Of a stretch of DNA of 64,000 bases, positions 20,561 to 31,116 are shown piece by piece; within the stretch, counting starts at the first letter, position 1, and every line of letters starts with the position of its first letter. The stretch spans positions 416,001 to 480,000 of the forward strand of contig CAVRKK010000002.1 of NCBI GenBank assembly GCA_963722385.1, written 5' to 3'. Under the pieces are notes generated by a model. That model was not told the DNA's origin, searched no databases, and saw only the letters and a list, made by a program, of their open reading frames with translations. The stretch comes from an uncultured bacterium. GTDB taxonomy: Bacteria > Babelota > Babeliae > Babelales > Babelaceae. Both the position numbers and the translations under genes were made by a program.

Positions 20561-23026
20561 ATGGAACCGACGTATAATCCACTTACAGCAGAATTGGCAG
20601 CCCAAGCGTTGTGGGAGCAGCACAAAGTCTACACGACTGACCATAATCCCGGGCCCCTTTTTAGTATTGATACGCCCCCGCCAACGGTGTCAGGCGCTCT
20701 CCACATAGGCCACGTTTTTTCGTATACGCAAGCAGACATCATTGCTCGCTATAAGCGCATGCAGGGATTTTCGGTATTTTACCCCTTTGGCTTTGATGAC
20801 AATGGCTTGCCCACGGAGCGATATGTTGAAAAAAAATGCGGCGTAAGCGCATTGCGCGTTGGCCGCACGGCGTTCATAGAGCTCTGTTTAGAGCAAACTG
20901 CTCTTGTAGAGAAAGATTTTGAGCATCTTTGGCGTCGCATGGGCCTTTCTATCGATTGGTCACTTTGCTATTCTACCATCAGCAGCCAATCACGTCGCCT
21001 CTCACAACAATCATTTATAGAATTATACAAAAAGGGCTTTCTCTACCGCAAAGAAGAACCGGCTCCTTATTGCCCTGTCTGCCATACATCGGTCGCGCAG
21101 GCAGAGCTTGAAGATGCGCACAAGCAGTCAGTGTTGAGCGATGTTACCTTTACCTCATCTGATGGCACTCCCCTTGTTATTGCTACGACCAGGCCAGAGC
21201 TCATCGCTTCATGCGTGGCCGTGTTATATAACCCGACCAACATTCGCTACCAGCACTTAAAAAACACCCAGGTGCATGTTCCTCTCTACGGATTTACGGT
21301 ACCCATCTTAGAAGACGAGCGCGTGCTGATCGATAAGGGAACCGGCCTTGTTATGTGCAGTACATTTGGCGATAAAACCGATGTTGAGTGGTTTAAAAAA
21401 TTTAAGCTGCCCTACCGACCTTCGATTGATCGCTCGGGACGCATGACGGAGCGTGCGGGATTTTTAGCAGGTAAAAAAGTGGCAGAAGCACGCCAAGAAA
21501 TACTCCATAAGTTAAAAGAAGAAGGCTTGATCGTAGCAGAAACACCCATTACGCACACCATTAACGTTCACGAGCGCTGCAAAAATGCCATTGAGTACTT
21601 GGCGCTCGCACAATGGTTCTTAAAACTGCTGCCGCACAAAGAGACTTTTCTCGAGCTGGGCAACCGCATCGCCTGGTATCCTGACTTCATGAAATTTCGC
21701 TATAGCAATTGGGTTGAAAATATTAGCTGGGACTGGTGCCTCTCGCGCCAGCGCTTTTTTGGCATACCCTTTCCTGTCTGGTATTGTACACAATGCCAGG
21801 AAATTATTCTTGCTGATGAAAAAAGCCTGCCTATTGACCCGCAAGAGCAAGCAGCTCCGGCATGCACCGCTTGTGGGAGCTCCCAAGCTGTTCCTGATAC
21901 CGATGTTATGGATACGTGGAATACCTCATCCCTTACTCCCTATATCTGTCGCGAGCTCTATCAGGGCCCGCCTGAGCTCTTTATACCGATGAGCATGCGG
22001 CCGCAAGCCCATGATATCATTCGTACTTGGGCCTTTGATACCATTGTTAAGGCATGGATGCATGATGTCACGATCCCCTGGCAAACGATTGTTATTTCCG
22101 GCCACGTTCAAACAACTGAGGGTCAAAAAATTTCAAAGTCGCAAGCCAATAGCCCACTCGTGCCGGAAAATCTCCTTAAGCTTTATCCAGCCGACGTTAT
22201 TCGCTATTGGACCGCCTCAGCCTCACTGGGAAGCGATATCGCATTTTCAGAAACGCAGCTTAAAATTGGCCAGCGCTTAGCCGTTAAGCTTTGGAATGCT
22301 TTCCGGTTTATAAGCGAGCATATTAATGAACATCAGGAAAGCCTCGATCAGCATATAACCGGTATTGCCAATCTTTGGATCATCGAGCGGCTTACACAAG
22401 CTCTCAAAACCTATCATCAGTATTTTGATTCTTATCAATTTAATCTCGCACTAGAGGCGGCAGAGCGCTTTTTTTGGCATGACTTCTGCGATAACTACCT
22501 AGAGCTCGTTAAAGACCTGCTCTTTAATCCTGGTCATTGGCCCGAGCCCGAGGTTGCCTCAACGCGTGCTGCGCTCGCCCATGTTGGCATGCGGATCTTG
22601 CAGCTGTTTGCTGCTTTTATGCCCCATATTACCGAGACCTTATATGGCCAGCTTTTCCAGCATAGGTATAAAGCGATATCGCTCCATCAGGTCCGTTTTG
22701 CTGTTCTTGCCGAGCCAACTATCGCACTTGAGAACATCGAAGCTATCCCCGTACTCCTTGAGATCGTAACACAGGTACGTAAGCTTAAAAGCGATCAGCG
22801 CCTTTCGCTCAAAACCGATCTGCGCACGCTCTATCTAATCAGTGCCGATGCTTACCAAGCAGCGTTAACAAAGGCATTACTGAGCCCCCATGAAAGATTA
22901 ATCGCAGGGGTAACACGGGCCCAGAAGTTTGTCTATCAAGGCTTGAACGACGAGCATCTTACCTCCTCGCTCGAGCAGCGCGAAGATGGCTGGCATGCGT
23001 TTATTATCTTGGCAAAAGCTGCCTAG
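20561..23026 (+). CDS. valS: Valine-tRNA ligase (type 2, archaeal-like)
   Basis: DTPPPTVSGALHIGH, GFDDNGLPTER, WDWCLSRQRFFG, MRPQAHDIIRTW, KISKS; lacks the C-terminal coiled coil. Confidence 0.97.
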   Translation: MEPTYNPLTAELAAQALWEQHKVYTTDHNPGPLFSIDTPPPTVSGALHIGHVFSYTQADIIARYKRMQGFSVFYPFGFDDNGLPTERYVEKKCGVSALRVGRTAFIELCLEQTALVEKDFEHLWRRMGLSIDWSLCYSTISSQSRRLSQQSFIELYKKGFLYRKEEPAPYCPVCHTSVAQAELEDAHKQSVLSDVTFTSSDGTPLVIATTRPELIASCVAVLYNPTNIRYQHLKNTQVHVPLYGFTVPILEDERVLIDKGTGLVMCSTFGDKTDVEWFKKFKLPYRPSIDRSGRMTERAGFLAGKKVAEARQEILHKLKEEGLIVAETPITHTINVHERCKNAIEYLALAQWFLKLLPHKETFLELGNRIAWYPDFMKFRYSNWVENISWDWCLSRQRFFGIPFPVWYCTQCQEIILADEKSLPIDPQEQAAPACTACGSSQAVPDTDVMDTWNTSSLTPYICRELYQGPPELFIPMSMRPQAHDIIRTWAFDTIVKAWMHDVTIPWQTIVISGHVQTTEGQKISKSQANSPLVPENLLKLYPADVIRYWTASASLGSDIAFSETQLKIGQRLAVKLWNAFRFISEHINEHQESLDQHITGIANLWIIERLTQALKTYHQYFDSYQFNLALEAAERFFWHDFCDNYLELVKDLLFNPGHWPEPEVASTRAALAHVGMRILQLFAAFMPHITETLYGQLFQHRYKAISLHQVRFAVLAEPTIALENIEAIPVLLEIVTQVRKLKSDQRLSLKTDLRTLYLISADAYQAALTKALLSPHERLIAGVTRAQKFVYQGLNDEHLTSSLEQREDGWHAFIILAKAA

Positions 23027-23075
23027 GTCCAGCTTTTTTTATAGAGAATATATTGCATGTGCGAGTGCCAAAGCG

Positions 23076-23207
23076 AATTGAATCGCCTACGCGGCTAGCG
23101 GTTAAGGGACATCGTCCCTTAACAATCCCGATGCGTTATGCTTAATGCTTATAAGCTTGGTGAGTAGTTATCGTCCGCCAAAGCGTACGATAACTTACGC
23201 CATTATC
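23076..23207 (+). repeat. Dispersed structured element, copy A (5' part)
   Basis: AATTGAATCGCCT...AAGCTTGGTG...AGTTATCGT...GCGTACGATAACTTACGCCATTATC shared with the copy at 32607. Confidence 0.85.
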
Positions 23208-23239
23208 TGCGCCCGGCACGGGCGCGTGTCTAAGAGTGA

Positions 23240-23927
23240 AATGAATATTAAGGGAACTTCACCAAAAAGAAATTTAAGTGTTGCAAATGACAAGCATAAA
23301 AAGTACCCGTTCATTGCTCGCTATAGACCAATAACTCGAATTAATTGGAGCACCGACATAACCTACATAAAAACCAACCTGGGCACAGTTTATCTTGTTG
23401 CAATTGTTGATTGGCATAGCAGATTTATTATCTCATGGAATATGTCAAATACGATGTGTAAGGAATTTTGTATCGATGCTTTGGTAAGGCGCTTAAGAAA
23501 GATGTGCCAGAAATTTTTAACACGGATCAGGGCTCTCAATTTACTGGAAATTCTTTTGTCTCAATCTTGGTAGAAAATGGCGTACAGCCAAGTATGGATG
23601 GAAAAGGCAGAGCAACGGATAATGCCCAGATTGAGCGATTTTGGCGTTCTGTAAAATGCGAAGAAGTTTATTTGCGCGAACCGAAAAATTTCATTGAGTT
23701 GCAACAGCAGATTAAAAATTACAGCTATTATAATCATGAAAGACCTCACCAGGCACTTCATTATAAAACGCCCACCGAAGTGCATTTTGGCTTAGAGAAA
23801 AAATTTATTGATCAGGAAGGACACTTTATCTATACTGAAACGGAATCGAAATATGTCGAACTACGATAATCAAAAACTATCTTAATTTGACCTAAAAACT
23901 GTCCAAGGTTTTGGGTTCACCCCGGAC
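23240..23927 (+). pseudogene. IS3-family transposase orfB remnant with right end
   Basis: WSTDITYI, DWHSR, TDQGSQF, DNAQIERFWRSVK, YNHERPHQAL; frameshifted; 5' truncated. Confidence 0.9.
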
Positions 23928-23983
23928 AGATGTTAAAGTCAAGCTCGCTACATAATAAGCTTTAAAAATTGATTGAGAGCAGT

Positions 23984-26770
23984 ATGAGGAAAATCAGTTT
24001 GTATATCTTCTTGGTTTTTATTCTCAGCTGTACTTGTGTAAGCTTAGCTGAAGAGCCCGTTACAAGAGAAAGTCTCGAGCAAGAATATCGCGCTCTTCAA
24101 GAAGAAATAGCATCCCGTAAAAAATCGTATTATGTTGATCAATTTTATGAATATTATCATAGCTATGAAGTAGATTGGACTTTTATACAATCACTTTCTA
24201 TTATGGCTTTATCTATAGGTATGCTGGCTTTTATCAATCAGTTACGTACTATGCGGTATCAGCTTGTTAATGAACTTGCATATGTAAGTAAACTTGAGAA
24301 TGTCAACGCAGAAGTTATTGAAATGGCCCAAAAATATCAGAATAGTCTAGGTGAATTGAGTCATGATTACAAAATAATTGCCCTAGACCTTGCTAAGGCA
24401 TTCAGAACGAATCAAGAAGTACACAATCAATTAACTTATCTTGTTCAACAGCTTTGTTTAGATAAACCAAATGCTGAACAGCTTTATATAGGTAGACAAC
24501 CTGTTAGAGCGTCTCCTCGTTCGGTAATACCTTCTCGGTTAATGGGCTTTCTTATGTATGGAGGACAGGTAATTGCTTATCTGAGTATAGCATGGGGGTC
24601 GTATGACATTGCCCATAAGCTCTGGCAATATTATAAGTGGTACCAGAAACTTAAGCCTCTCGAAGAGAGGCTTAAGTTTCTTAGATGGTGTTTGAACAAA
24701 CTTAAAAAGCGTAGCGGCATTTCAAGTAATAACCAAACAGATACGCATGCACCTTTGCCAGATCAACCGTTTATGAATAAGAGCACTACATCTTCTCATC
24801 TTGTGCTAAAGAATGGTGAAGAGTATAATAATTTCTCTCTTGATGAGGATCAATTGGGTAATGGGAAATTGCTATCAAAAGAAATGAATTTGGTATTTAT
24901 GCAACCGCCTCATATAGTATCGGAAAATGGTACAAGAGCTCAAGAGAAAACCAACTTTTTTGATAGATGCGACTTCCAAAAACAAGAAAGTGCTCTTACC
25001 CCCTATCAAGCTCGAAAGAATCCTAAGATATATCGAAGCATACTCTTTAGGCATGCTCATGAGAAATTGCTCAATAAGCCTATACATTCTGCTTATAATG
25101 ACTCAATACGTGTGCCTGCTTTACCTTTCCATTCATATGAAGAACCTGGTTTTCCTGGAAAAGCGTTTTTTAAGCCATCGGTGATGGACAGAGTGCCGCT
25201 AGCTCGTGAAAATTCGGGAAAGGTAGCTGTTATTTTTGTATGGTTTAATCGTATATGGCTGCCTGTTGTGGCAGAACCTCCGCTTGGAAAGCTTGATTTG
25301 AATAGGAATAGCCTACTGTTGCTTGACAATAATGCATTACAGCCGCTTGTTGAGTACAAAGATCCTCAATTATTGCAAGAGAATGATCAACAAGAGCTGC
25401 TTTATCCAGTTATCCTATGGGAAAAACAGCTCCAAGTTTTCTCTGGTTATTGTGCTTATGACGCTGAGCAAATCGCTGCATCAGATGCTTTGCAGGCTTA
25501 TCAGCAAAACTTTACTTCTTGGTATAAAGGTGATAGGGGATGCATACCGCGTGTTCTAGATATATCTGATGCAAAAAATGTAAACGATCATCTATCAGGG
25601 TATCCTGTACCAGGGAATCCTGAGGAGTTATTACAGAAAATGCTCGAAGTGGTATTAGCAGATGAGCATGAAGTAATGCAGCCATATCAAAAAACAATAA
25701 CTGAAAGCGTTATACAACAAGTACCTGGCTTGTTTATCTCTTTTGCTGATTTTCTTGTACACGTACCGGTAGATGACCAAAATGCAGGTTTTCCTGTAGG
25801 GTCTATATCTCAGCCGTTTCTTTACGAAAAAAATGATTCACCTACCAGGGAATCGCGGAGCGATGGCGCCATTCCCCCTCTACAAAATATGACGCATGAG
25901 TATCCTGGTGATCATTTTGTGCATGATCGTATCGATCAACTGAGCATCCCGCTGCTGCCGCAGTCTTCCCCTGATATAGATGAGGAGGAACTGAGTACAC
26001 ATACTCAAGAGCACTCTACGAAGAAACCAATAAGAAACCGCATGCCAAAACATAAGCAAGCTCGGATGGAGGAGCCTATTAAAGAACATCAAGAAGATTC
26101 ACTGCATACTAGTGCCCGGTTTCTAGATAAAGGTGCCCCTACGCTCTCTGACCCTAAAAACGAAACGGTACCTTGGTTAAGTAGAGGTGCACGCCCTATG
26201 GCTTTCCATAAGGAAACTATCCACCAGTCTCAAAGATCGACACGTGTTCAGCCTATAAATAGGCTCTTTTCTGCGGACACATACCCATGGATATCTAACC
26301 CATCACTATCAAGGTCCGTACCTTATCAGATAAAGAGCAACGTTACTACTGAGCAAGCTTATACGCCGGCTCAATCTGTTGAACCAAGCAAAGAGGCTGT
26401 CGAAGCAGTTGGCTTACCAGGTAAGCATGACATGCCTCTTGAGTTAAAGAAAGAAGAAGAAAGATCAATTACGAATGAGAAGCCACCAGAAAAAGAAGAG
26501 GAGCCTGTTTTTTACACTCGGCGTGTTTTGAAGCCTGTGATGATCTATGAGCAGCAAGAACCTACAACGTCAGCCCGAAAGAGAATAAGCTTTACCCGAT
26601 TAACCTCAGTATTGGCGATGCTCTGCATGTTTGTCATTTGGAGGAAAGGTAGTCCACGCTTATTCAAGTTTCCCAAAGCACTAAGCGTGTACCTCAGAAA
26701 AATCATTAACTTTACTTTTGCTCGTCCAAGAGCCAATCTTGCCTTAGATGCAAATATGCTTGCTATATGA
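23984..26770 (+). CDS. Large hypothetical membrane-anchored protein
   Basis: ~930-aa ORF with signal peptide, coiled coil, two hydrophobic segments, long P/S/E-rich region and a C-terminal hydrophobic helix. Confidence 0.75.
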   Translation: MRKISLYIFLVFILSCTCVSLAEEPVTRESLEQEYRALQEEIASRKKSYYVDQFYEYYHSYEVDWTFIQSLSIMALSIGMLAFINQLRTMRYQLVNELAYVSKLENVNAEVIEMAQKYQNSLGELSHDYKIIALDLAKAFRTNQEVHNQLTYLVQQLCLDKPNAEQLYIGRQPVRASPRSVIPSRLMGFLMYGGQVIAYLSIAWGSYDIAHKLWQYYKWYQKLKPLEERLKFLRWCLNKLKKRSGISSNNQTDTHAPLPDQPFMNKSTTSSHLVLKNGEEYNNFSLDEDQLGNGKLLSKEMNLVFMQPPHIVSENGTRAQEKTNFFDRCDFQKQESALTPYQARKNPKIYRSILFRHAHEKLLNKPIHSAYNDSIRVPALPFHSYEEPGFPGKAFFKPSVMDRVPLARENSGKVAVIFVWFNRIWLPVVAEPPLGKLDLNRNSLLLLDNNALQPLVEYKDPQLLQENDQQELLYPVILWEKQLQVFSGYCAYDAEQIAASDALQAYQQNFTSWYKGDRGCIPRVLDISDAKNVNDHLSGYPVPGNPEELLQKMLEVVLADEHEVMQPYQKTITESVIQQVPGLFISFADFLVHVPVDDQNAGFPVGSISQPFLYEKNDSPTRESRSDGAIPPLQNMTHEYPGDHFVHDRIDQLSIPLLPQSSPDIDEEELSTHTQEHSTKKPIRNRMPKHKQARMEEPIKEHQEDSLHTSARFLDKGAPTLSDPKNETVPWLSRGARPMAFHKETIHQSQRSTRVQPINRLFSADTYPWISNPSLSRSVPYQIKSNVTTEQAYTPAQSVEPSKEAVEAVGLPGKHDMPLELKKEEERSITNEKPPEKEEEPVFYTRRVLKPVMIYEQQEPTTSARKRISFTRLTSVLAMLCMFVIWRKGSPRLFKFPKALSVYLRKIINFTFARPRANLALDANMLAI

Positions 26771-26875
26771 ATTGCTGCTTTTATGGTGCAAAGCACCAAC
26801 CCAGCGCTTTTAAACTGGGATATGAGCATCTTGTGCTCTCACTTTTGCTAACACTTTTGTTTACACCCCTTAAAC

Positions 26876-26960
26876 CAGGGCCGGCTCACTTAAAACATTC
26901 ATAATCAACTCTTGCGCCGGAAACCTACTCAATTTAAGGGAAAAAGCGGTATATCTACAA
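26876..26960 (-). mobile_element. Orphan ISAs1-like terminal fragment
   Basis: CAGGGCCGGCTCACTTAAAA is the reverse complement of 1739-1758. Confidence 0.5.
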
Positions 26961-26966
26961 ATCGAG

Positions 26967-27225
26967 GCAAAAGCGTACGATAACTAACGTCATTATCATG
27001 CACAGTATGAGATAAAAATGAATATCGCTTTCAGGAAGATTGCGTTTGCCATAATCATGCGGGACGCATGATTATGGCACTGAAGAGACAAGATCGAGCA
27101 AGTAGCATACAGCCATCAAAATGACGATCAATGGGCGGCAGGGCAGCGGCCCTGCCGCCCGACGCGTAGTCGCGCCCGCGGCGGAGGCGTATTCGCTTTG
27201 GCTAAGTCGACTGCGTAAGCGATTG
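26967..27225 (+). repeat. Dispersed structured element, copy B (3' part)
   Basis: GCGTACGATAACT..., TGCCATAATCATGCG-GGA-CGCATGATTATGGCA and GGGCGGCAGGGC-AGCG-GCCCTGCCGCCC hairpins. Confidence 0.85.
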
Positions 27226-27260
27226 ATCCGATGCAAGTTACCGCCCGCCAGAAGCTCGCT

Positions 27261-28616
27261 TTATCGCAGTACGAGTTGGCTGATGCTACAATAAATAAGC
27301 AGGCCTATGACATCGATAAACGTTGTTAACAGCGGGCCTGCTGAGTGCGCGGGATCGATATTAAGCCTCTTGAGCAATAAGGGCATACATGAGCCGAGCG
27401 TCATTGAAACGATAATGATGGCGGTAAGCGAGAAACTTACCGCTACGCTTCCCCAAAAATAGCGATGAGTAAAATAGACACGAAGAAACAAAAATAAGCC
27501 CAAGACGCAACCTATCAAAAGCGCCATCACGAACTCGCGCATAATAAAGCGAATACGCGTTGACTCGTTTATTTCCCCCGTTGCCATGCCCTGAATCGCA
27601 AACGCTGATGTCTGGCTGCTGGCATTACCGCCCGTACTGACAAGCGTGGTAAGAAAATAGGTTAAAAAACCAGCAAGTAGTACTTGGTAGCGCCTGGTGA
27701 TTATGCTGGAGAGCACTTGAAAAAGAAGCAGCATGACTAATATCGTGCTGCGCTGATAAAAGAGCTTATAAAATGGCGTCTCAAAATAAGTACCCTTAAT
27801 GGGAACAATGGCTGACATCCGGTAAATATCTTCCGTTGCTTCTTCCTCAACAATCTTTACTAAAGCTTCGCTCGTAATAACTCCCAAAAAAACCAAGCTC
27901 TGTCCTACAACAGGCGCAATAGACAGCGAATAGTGGATCATCTTTTGCGCTACCGCCTCCCTATCCTCATCCACCTGAACTACCACCGTGTTGGCACGCA
28001 AAATAGAGCGCAGATACGTCTTGGGATTCTTAAGAACCAAGTCCTCAAGCTTTATATTGCCAACAAGCTTGTTATACGTATCAGTAACAAAAATATATTG
28101 ATGGAGATCTCTATTGGGCTGTAGCCGCTGCAATATCTGAATGCTCTTTTCGACGGTAAAATTCTCGCGCAACGAGAGGACATTGGTTTCCATGATCCCC
28201 CCGGCAGACTCGGGGTTAAATTGTAAAAGCGAAAGCACCTGATCGCGCTCTCGCTTATGCAAAAGATTAAGGTACTGGCCAAGCTCTTCATCAGAGAGCT
28301 CATCAAGAAAGTCTGTCAAGTCAGCTAGCGGCAGGTTGGTCAAGAGATGCCCGCGGTCTGCTTCTTTGAGCGAAGAAAGGCATAACCTTTGCAGGTTCTC
28401 ACTTAATTCCTTGAATACCGCAATCTTGTCCTGGGCCGCGAGCTTGATAAATATGTCCCTCGTATGACTAGCGTCCAAATAAGAAAGAAGCTGCGCAATA
28501 TCGGCAGGATGCAAACTAATAAGCTCTCGCCACAAAGTTGAGCCAACCGGCGGCTGCTCGTTAATAACCGCGTCAATATTGTCCTCAATTTGCTCAAAAA
28601 GCTTATGCATCGACAT
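27261..28616 (-). CDS. mgtE: Magnesium transporter MgtE
   Basis: LHPADIA N-domain, SAGGIM plus CBS pair, TGGNASSQ, DPAHSAGPLLTTFIDV. Confidence 0.95.
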   Translation of the reverse strand: MSMHKLFEQIEDNIDAVINEQPPVGSTLWRELISLHPADIAQLLSYLDASHTRDIFIKLAAQDKIAVFKELSENLQRLCLSSLKEADRGHLLTNLPLADLTDFLDELSDEELGQYLNLLHKRERDQVLSLLQFNPESAGGIMETNVLSLRENFTVEKSIQILQRLQPNRDLHQYIFVTDTYNKLVGNIKLEDLVLKNPKTYLRSILRANTVVVQVDEDREAVAQKMIHYSLSIAPVVGQSLVFLGVITSEALVKIVEEEATEDIYRMSAIVPIKGTYFETPFYKLFYQRSTILVMLLLFQVLSSIITRRYQVLLAGFLTYFLTTLVSTGGNASSQTSAFAIQGMATGEINESTRIRFIMREFVMALLIGCVLGLFLFLRVYFTHRYFWGSVAVSFSLTAIIIVSMTLGSCMPLLLKRLNIDPAHSAGPLLTTFIDVIGLLIYCSISQLVLR

Positions 28617-28754
28617 CGTTAACCTCTCAAGACCATTATACCTAAAGCGTATCGCATTGGGCCTCTATTGTCTATGTGACATTAAAACAAGCCGCTTCCC
28701 AAACGGTCAAAAACAATGTATAATGTACTAACTGAATAATTAAAGGAGATAAAC

Positions 28755-29712
28755 ATGGAGAAAACATTTCTTATTAAGCAGGAGCTCAAGCCCGACCAAC
28801 CCGTTTGCCTCCGTATCCCGGCCACGTATGCTGCCCTAAGAATCGACCATTTCTTAGCGTCAGCATTTGAGGGCTACTCGAGAACCTTTTTTCAAAAGCT
28901 TATCGAGAAGGGGATGCATCACCGTTAACGCGGCCGTTGTCGGCAAGCCCAGCATTTTCATCAAGCCCAGCGATACGGTGACTATCACTCTTCCCGCACG
29001 CCATAAAGAAGCGGTGCATGGTCAGGCCCACGACTTTGGGGTTGAGGTCGTTTATGAACATGAGGAATTTTTGGTCGTCGCTAAGCCAGCTGGCTTAATG
29101 GTTCACCAACCCCATGCTGACGCGACCGCGGTTACGTTGGTTGATTGGCTCATACAAGCCTACCAGGAGCTCGCATTTGTTGGCGAAACTGATAGGCCTG
29201 GCATTATCCACCGCCTTGATAAAGATACTTCAGGGTTATTGCTTATTGCACGTACAGCACGTGCGCATGCCCAGCTGAGTGCTCTTTTTAAAGAGCGAAT
29301 GGTACGCAAAAAGTACCTTGCCATCGCCCAGGGGATTATTGCCCCTCCAGTGGGTACGATTGATTTCAATATTGACCGCCACCCAACACAACCGACAAAA
29401 ATGAGGCATTGCTTTTCTGGTGGACGTGATGCACTTACCCACTATGCCGTCAAAGAATACCTTAATGGCCACAGCTTGCTCGAGCTCAAGCCGGTAACCG
29501 GGCGTACGCATCAGTTACGCGTTCACTGCGCCGCTTTGGGGCACCCGCTTATTGGGGACAGTGTCTATGGAACCGCATCTGCCCTTATGAGACGACAGGC
29601 ATTACACGCCCATTCCTTGGCGTTTGAATTTGAAGGCAATGCCTTCGAGTTTTCTCACAAACCGCCCCCAGATTTTTTAGAAGCGGTGGAATCTCTTCGA
29701 AAAACGCTTTAG
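28755..29712 (+). CDS. rluD: RluA/RluD-family pseudouridine synthase (single +1 frameshift near 28910)
   Basis: HRLDKDTSG, TGRTHQLRVH, RQALHA. The S4 domain (RIDHFL...SRTFFQKLIEKG) starts at ATG 28755 with an AAGGAG RBS, one base out of frame at the G4 run. Confidence 0.85.
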
Positions 29713-30972
29713 CTCGCGCTTTTTATGCTTTTTCTCTAGCTTCTGCTTTTTTTGATTCTTCGCAGGCTGAGCTGGTTGAGCAAACGTGATGATTTCTCGG
29801 TTAATTTTCTTTTCAGGTACAACGTCTTTTTTGGCTACCGTGATTTTATTCATAAGCTTATCAAGCATCGGTATGCTTAATAATGTATACTCATAAGTTT
29901 CGCACGGAACATGTTTAATGCCCAGTTCCGGTTCAGTTACGCCTAGTTTGTAGAGCTCCATCAGCAGTTCGTAATGAGTTTTTGCGCGAACACCGTTAAT
30001 TAACGTAGTAAAGGAATCATAGGAAATAGCAAAGCCAATGTGGCAAAGAATTTCAGCAACATCTTCAGCATGCTTGCTTCCGGTAAGAATACACACATTT
30101 TTTGCCTGCGACGTTAATATATGGTCAGCGAAAAGAAGATCGATGGCAAATGCTTGAAAATCTTCCGAGAGGAAGAAATCGAAAACCGAGTTGAGCATAT
30201 CAAGTTCACGTGCTACCGCCTCTTCAAATTGTTCAAGCGTGTGCTGATAGGAACTTAACGAACCAAATGCACGCTGGAAAAAGCGATGTATAAAAAGCTG
30301 CCAATCCAAATCCAACTCAGGTTGACGGGTAAGCGCGTAGGTGCTTCTCAGCAGATGCGCGATCGCAAGCTTCTCGTAAAATCGCTCAATCTTGCTTCTT
30401 AACCCGTGGGGAATTCCCTGATTGTCCAGTATTCTCGCTATAGCATCAGCAAGGTTGTCCATGATCTTCTTCCACTTGGTGAATATCTCTCCCACCGAAA
30501 TACCGAGAGGCTCAGGAGCCTTTGCCGGGTCGCTAAAGTACCTTTTTTGGTAGCCCTCTACTATCCGTGCTGAAAATATCGCCAGTTCGCGTTCGTCAAG
30601 AAAGACAGTGCCTACCAGATTACGAGCAGGCTTACCGATATAGTAAAGAAGTTTCTCGGCATGATCAATGTGTCGCGGCACGTAATATCTATTTAATTTT
30701 TCGACCAATGGCTCATGATCTAATGGCGGCAATTCGATTAAAAATGCCGCGGTTCCCGACTGGGCAAGCTTTTGGTAAATATCAATCATGGCAGTAATTT
30801 CTTGGTCAAGCGTCTGCCGGTCTTGTGGAACATGCCAATCGTGCCAAATGATCACTCTTCTTTTTGGCCCTGCTGTGCTGTCTAAAATTTGGAAACGTAC
30901 CGGAAATGGCTGCGCTTGGTAACAATAACTGAGACCAAGGACAAATACCACAAATATCACACAGTGCTTCAT
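29677..30972 (-). CDS. Secreted protein, EreA/ChaN/Tiki-like fold, basic C-terminal tail
   Basis: IIWHDWH, FLIE, LDER and TGSKH motif order; signal peptide. Confidence 0.5.
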   Translation of the reverse strand: MKHCVIFVVFVLGLSYCYQAQPFPVRFQILDSTAGPKRRVIIWHDWHVPQDRQTLDQEITAMIDIYQKLAQSGTAAFLIELPPLDHEPLVEKLNRYYVPRHIDHAEKLLYYIGKPARNLVGTVFLDERELAIFSARIVEGYQKRYFSDPAKAPEPLGISVGEIFTKWKKIMDNLADAIARILDNQGIPHGLRSKIERFYEKLAIAHLLRSTYALTRQPELDLDWQLFIHRFFQRAFGSLSSYQHTLEQFEEAVARELDMLNSVFDFFLSEDFQAFAIDLLFADHILTSQAKNVCILTGSKHAEDVAEILCHIGFAISYDSFTTLINGVRAKTHYELLMELYKLGVTEPELGIKHVPCETYEYTLLSIPMLDKLMNKITVAKKDVVPEKKINREIITFAQPAQPAKNQKKQKLEKKHKKRELKRFSKRFHRF

Positions 30973-31116
30973 GCTACTACTCCCCTTTCACCAAAAACCT
31001 GCCTTAGCATATAGGCTTTTCATCAAAAGGCAAGAGTTTGCTTGTGGAGAGAATTTGCAGATTTTTGGCAAGCTGTGCTAACGTAAGAGCACCATTACCA
31101 ATAAAAGAGGAAGCTG

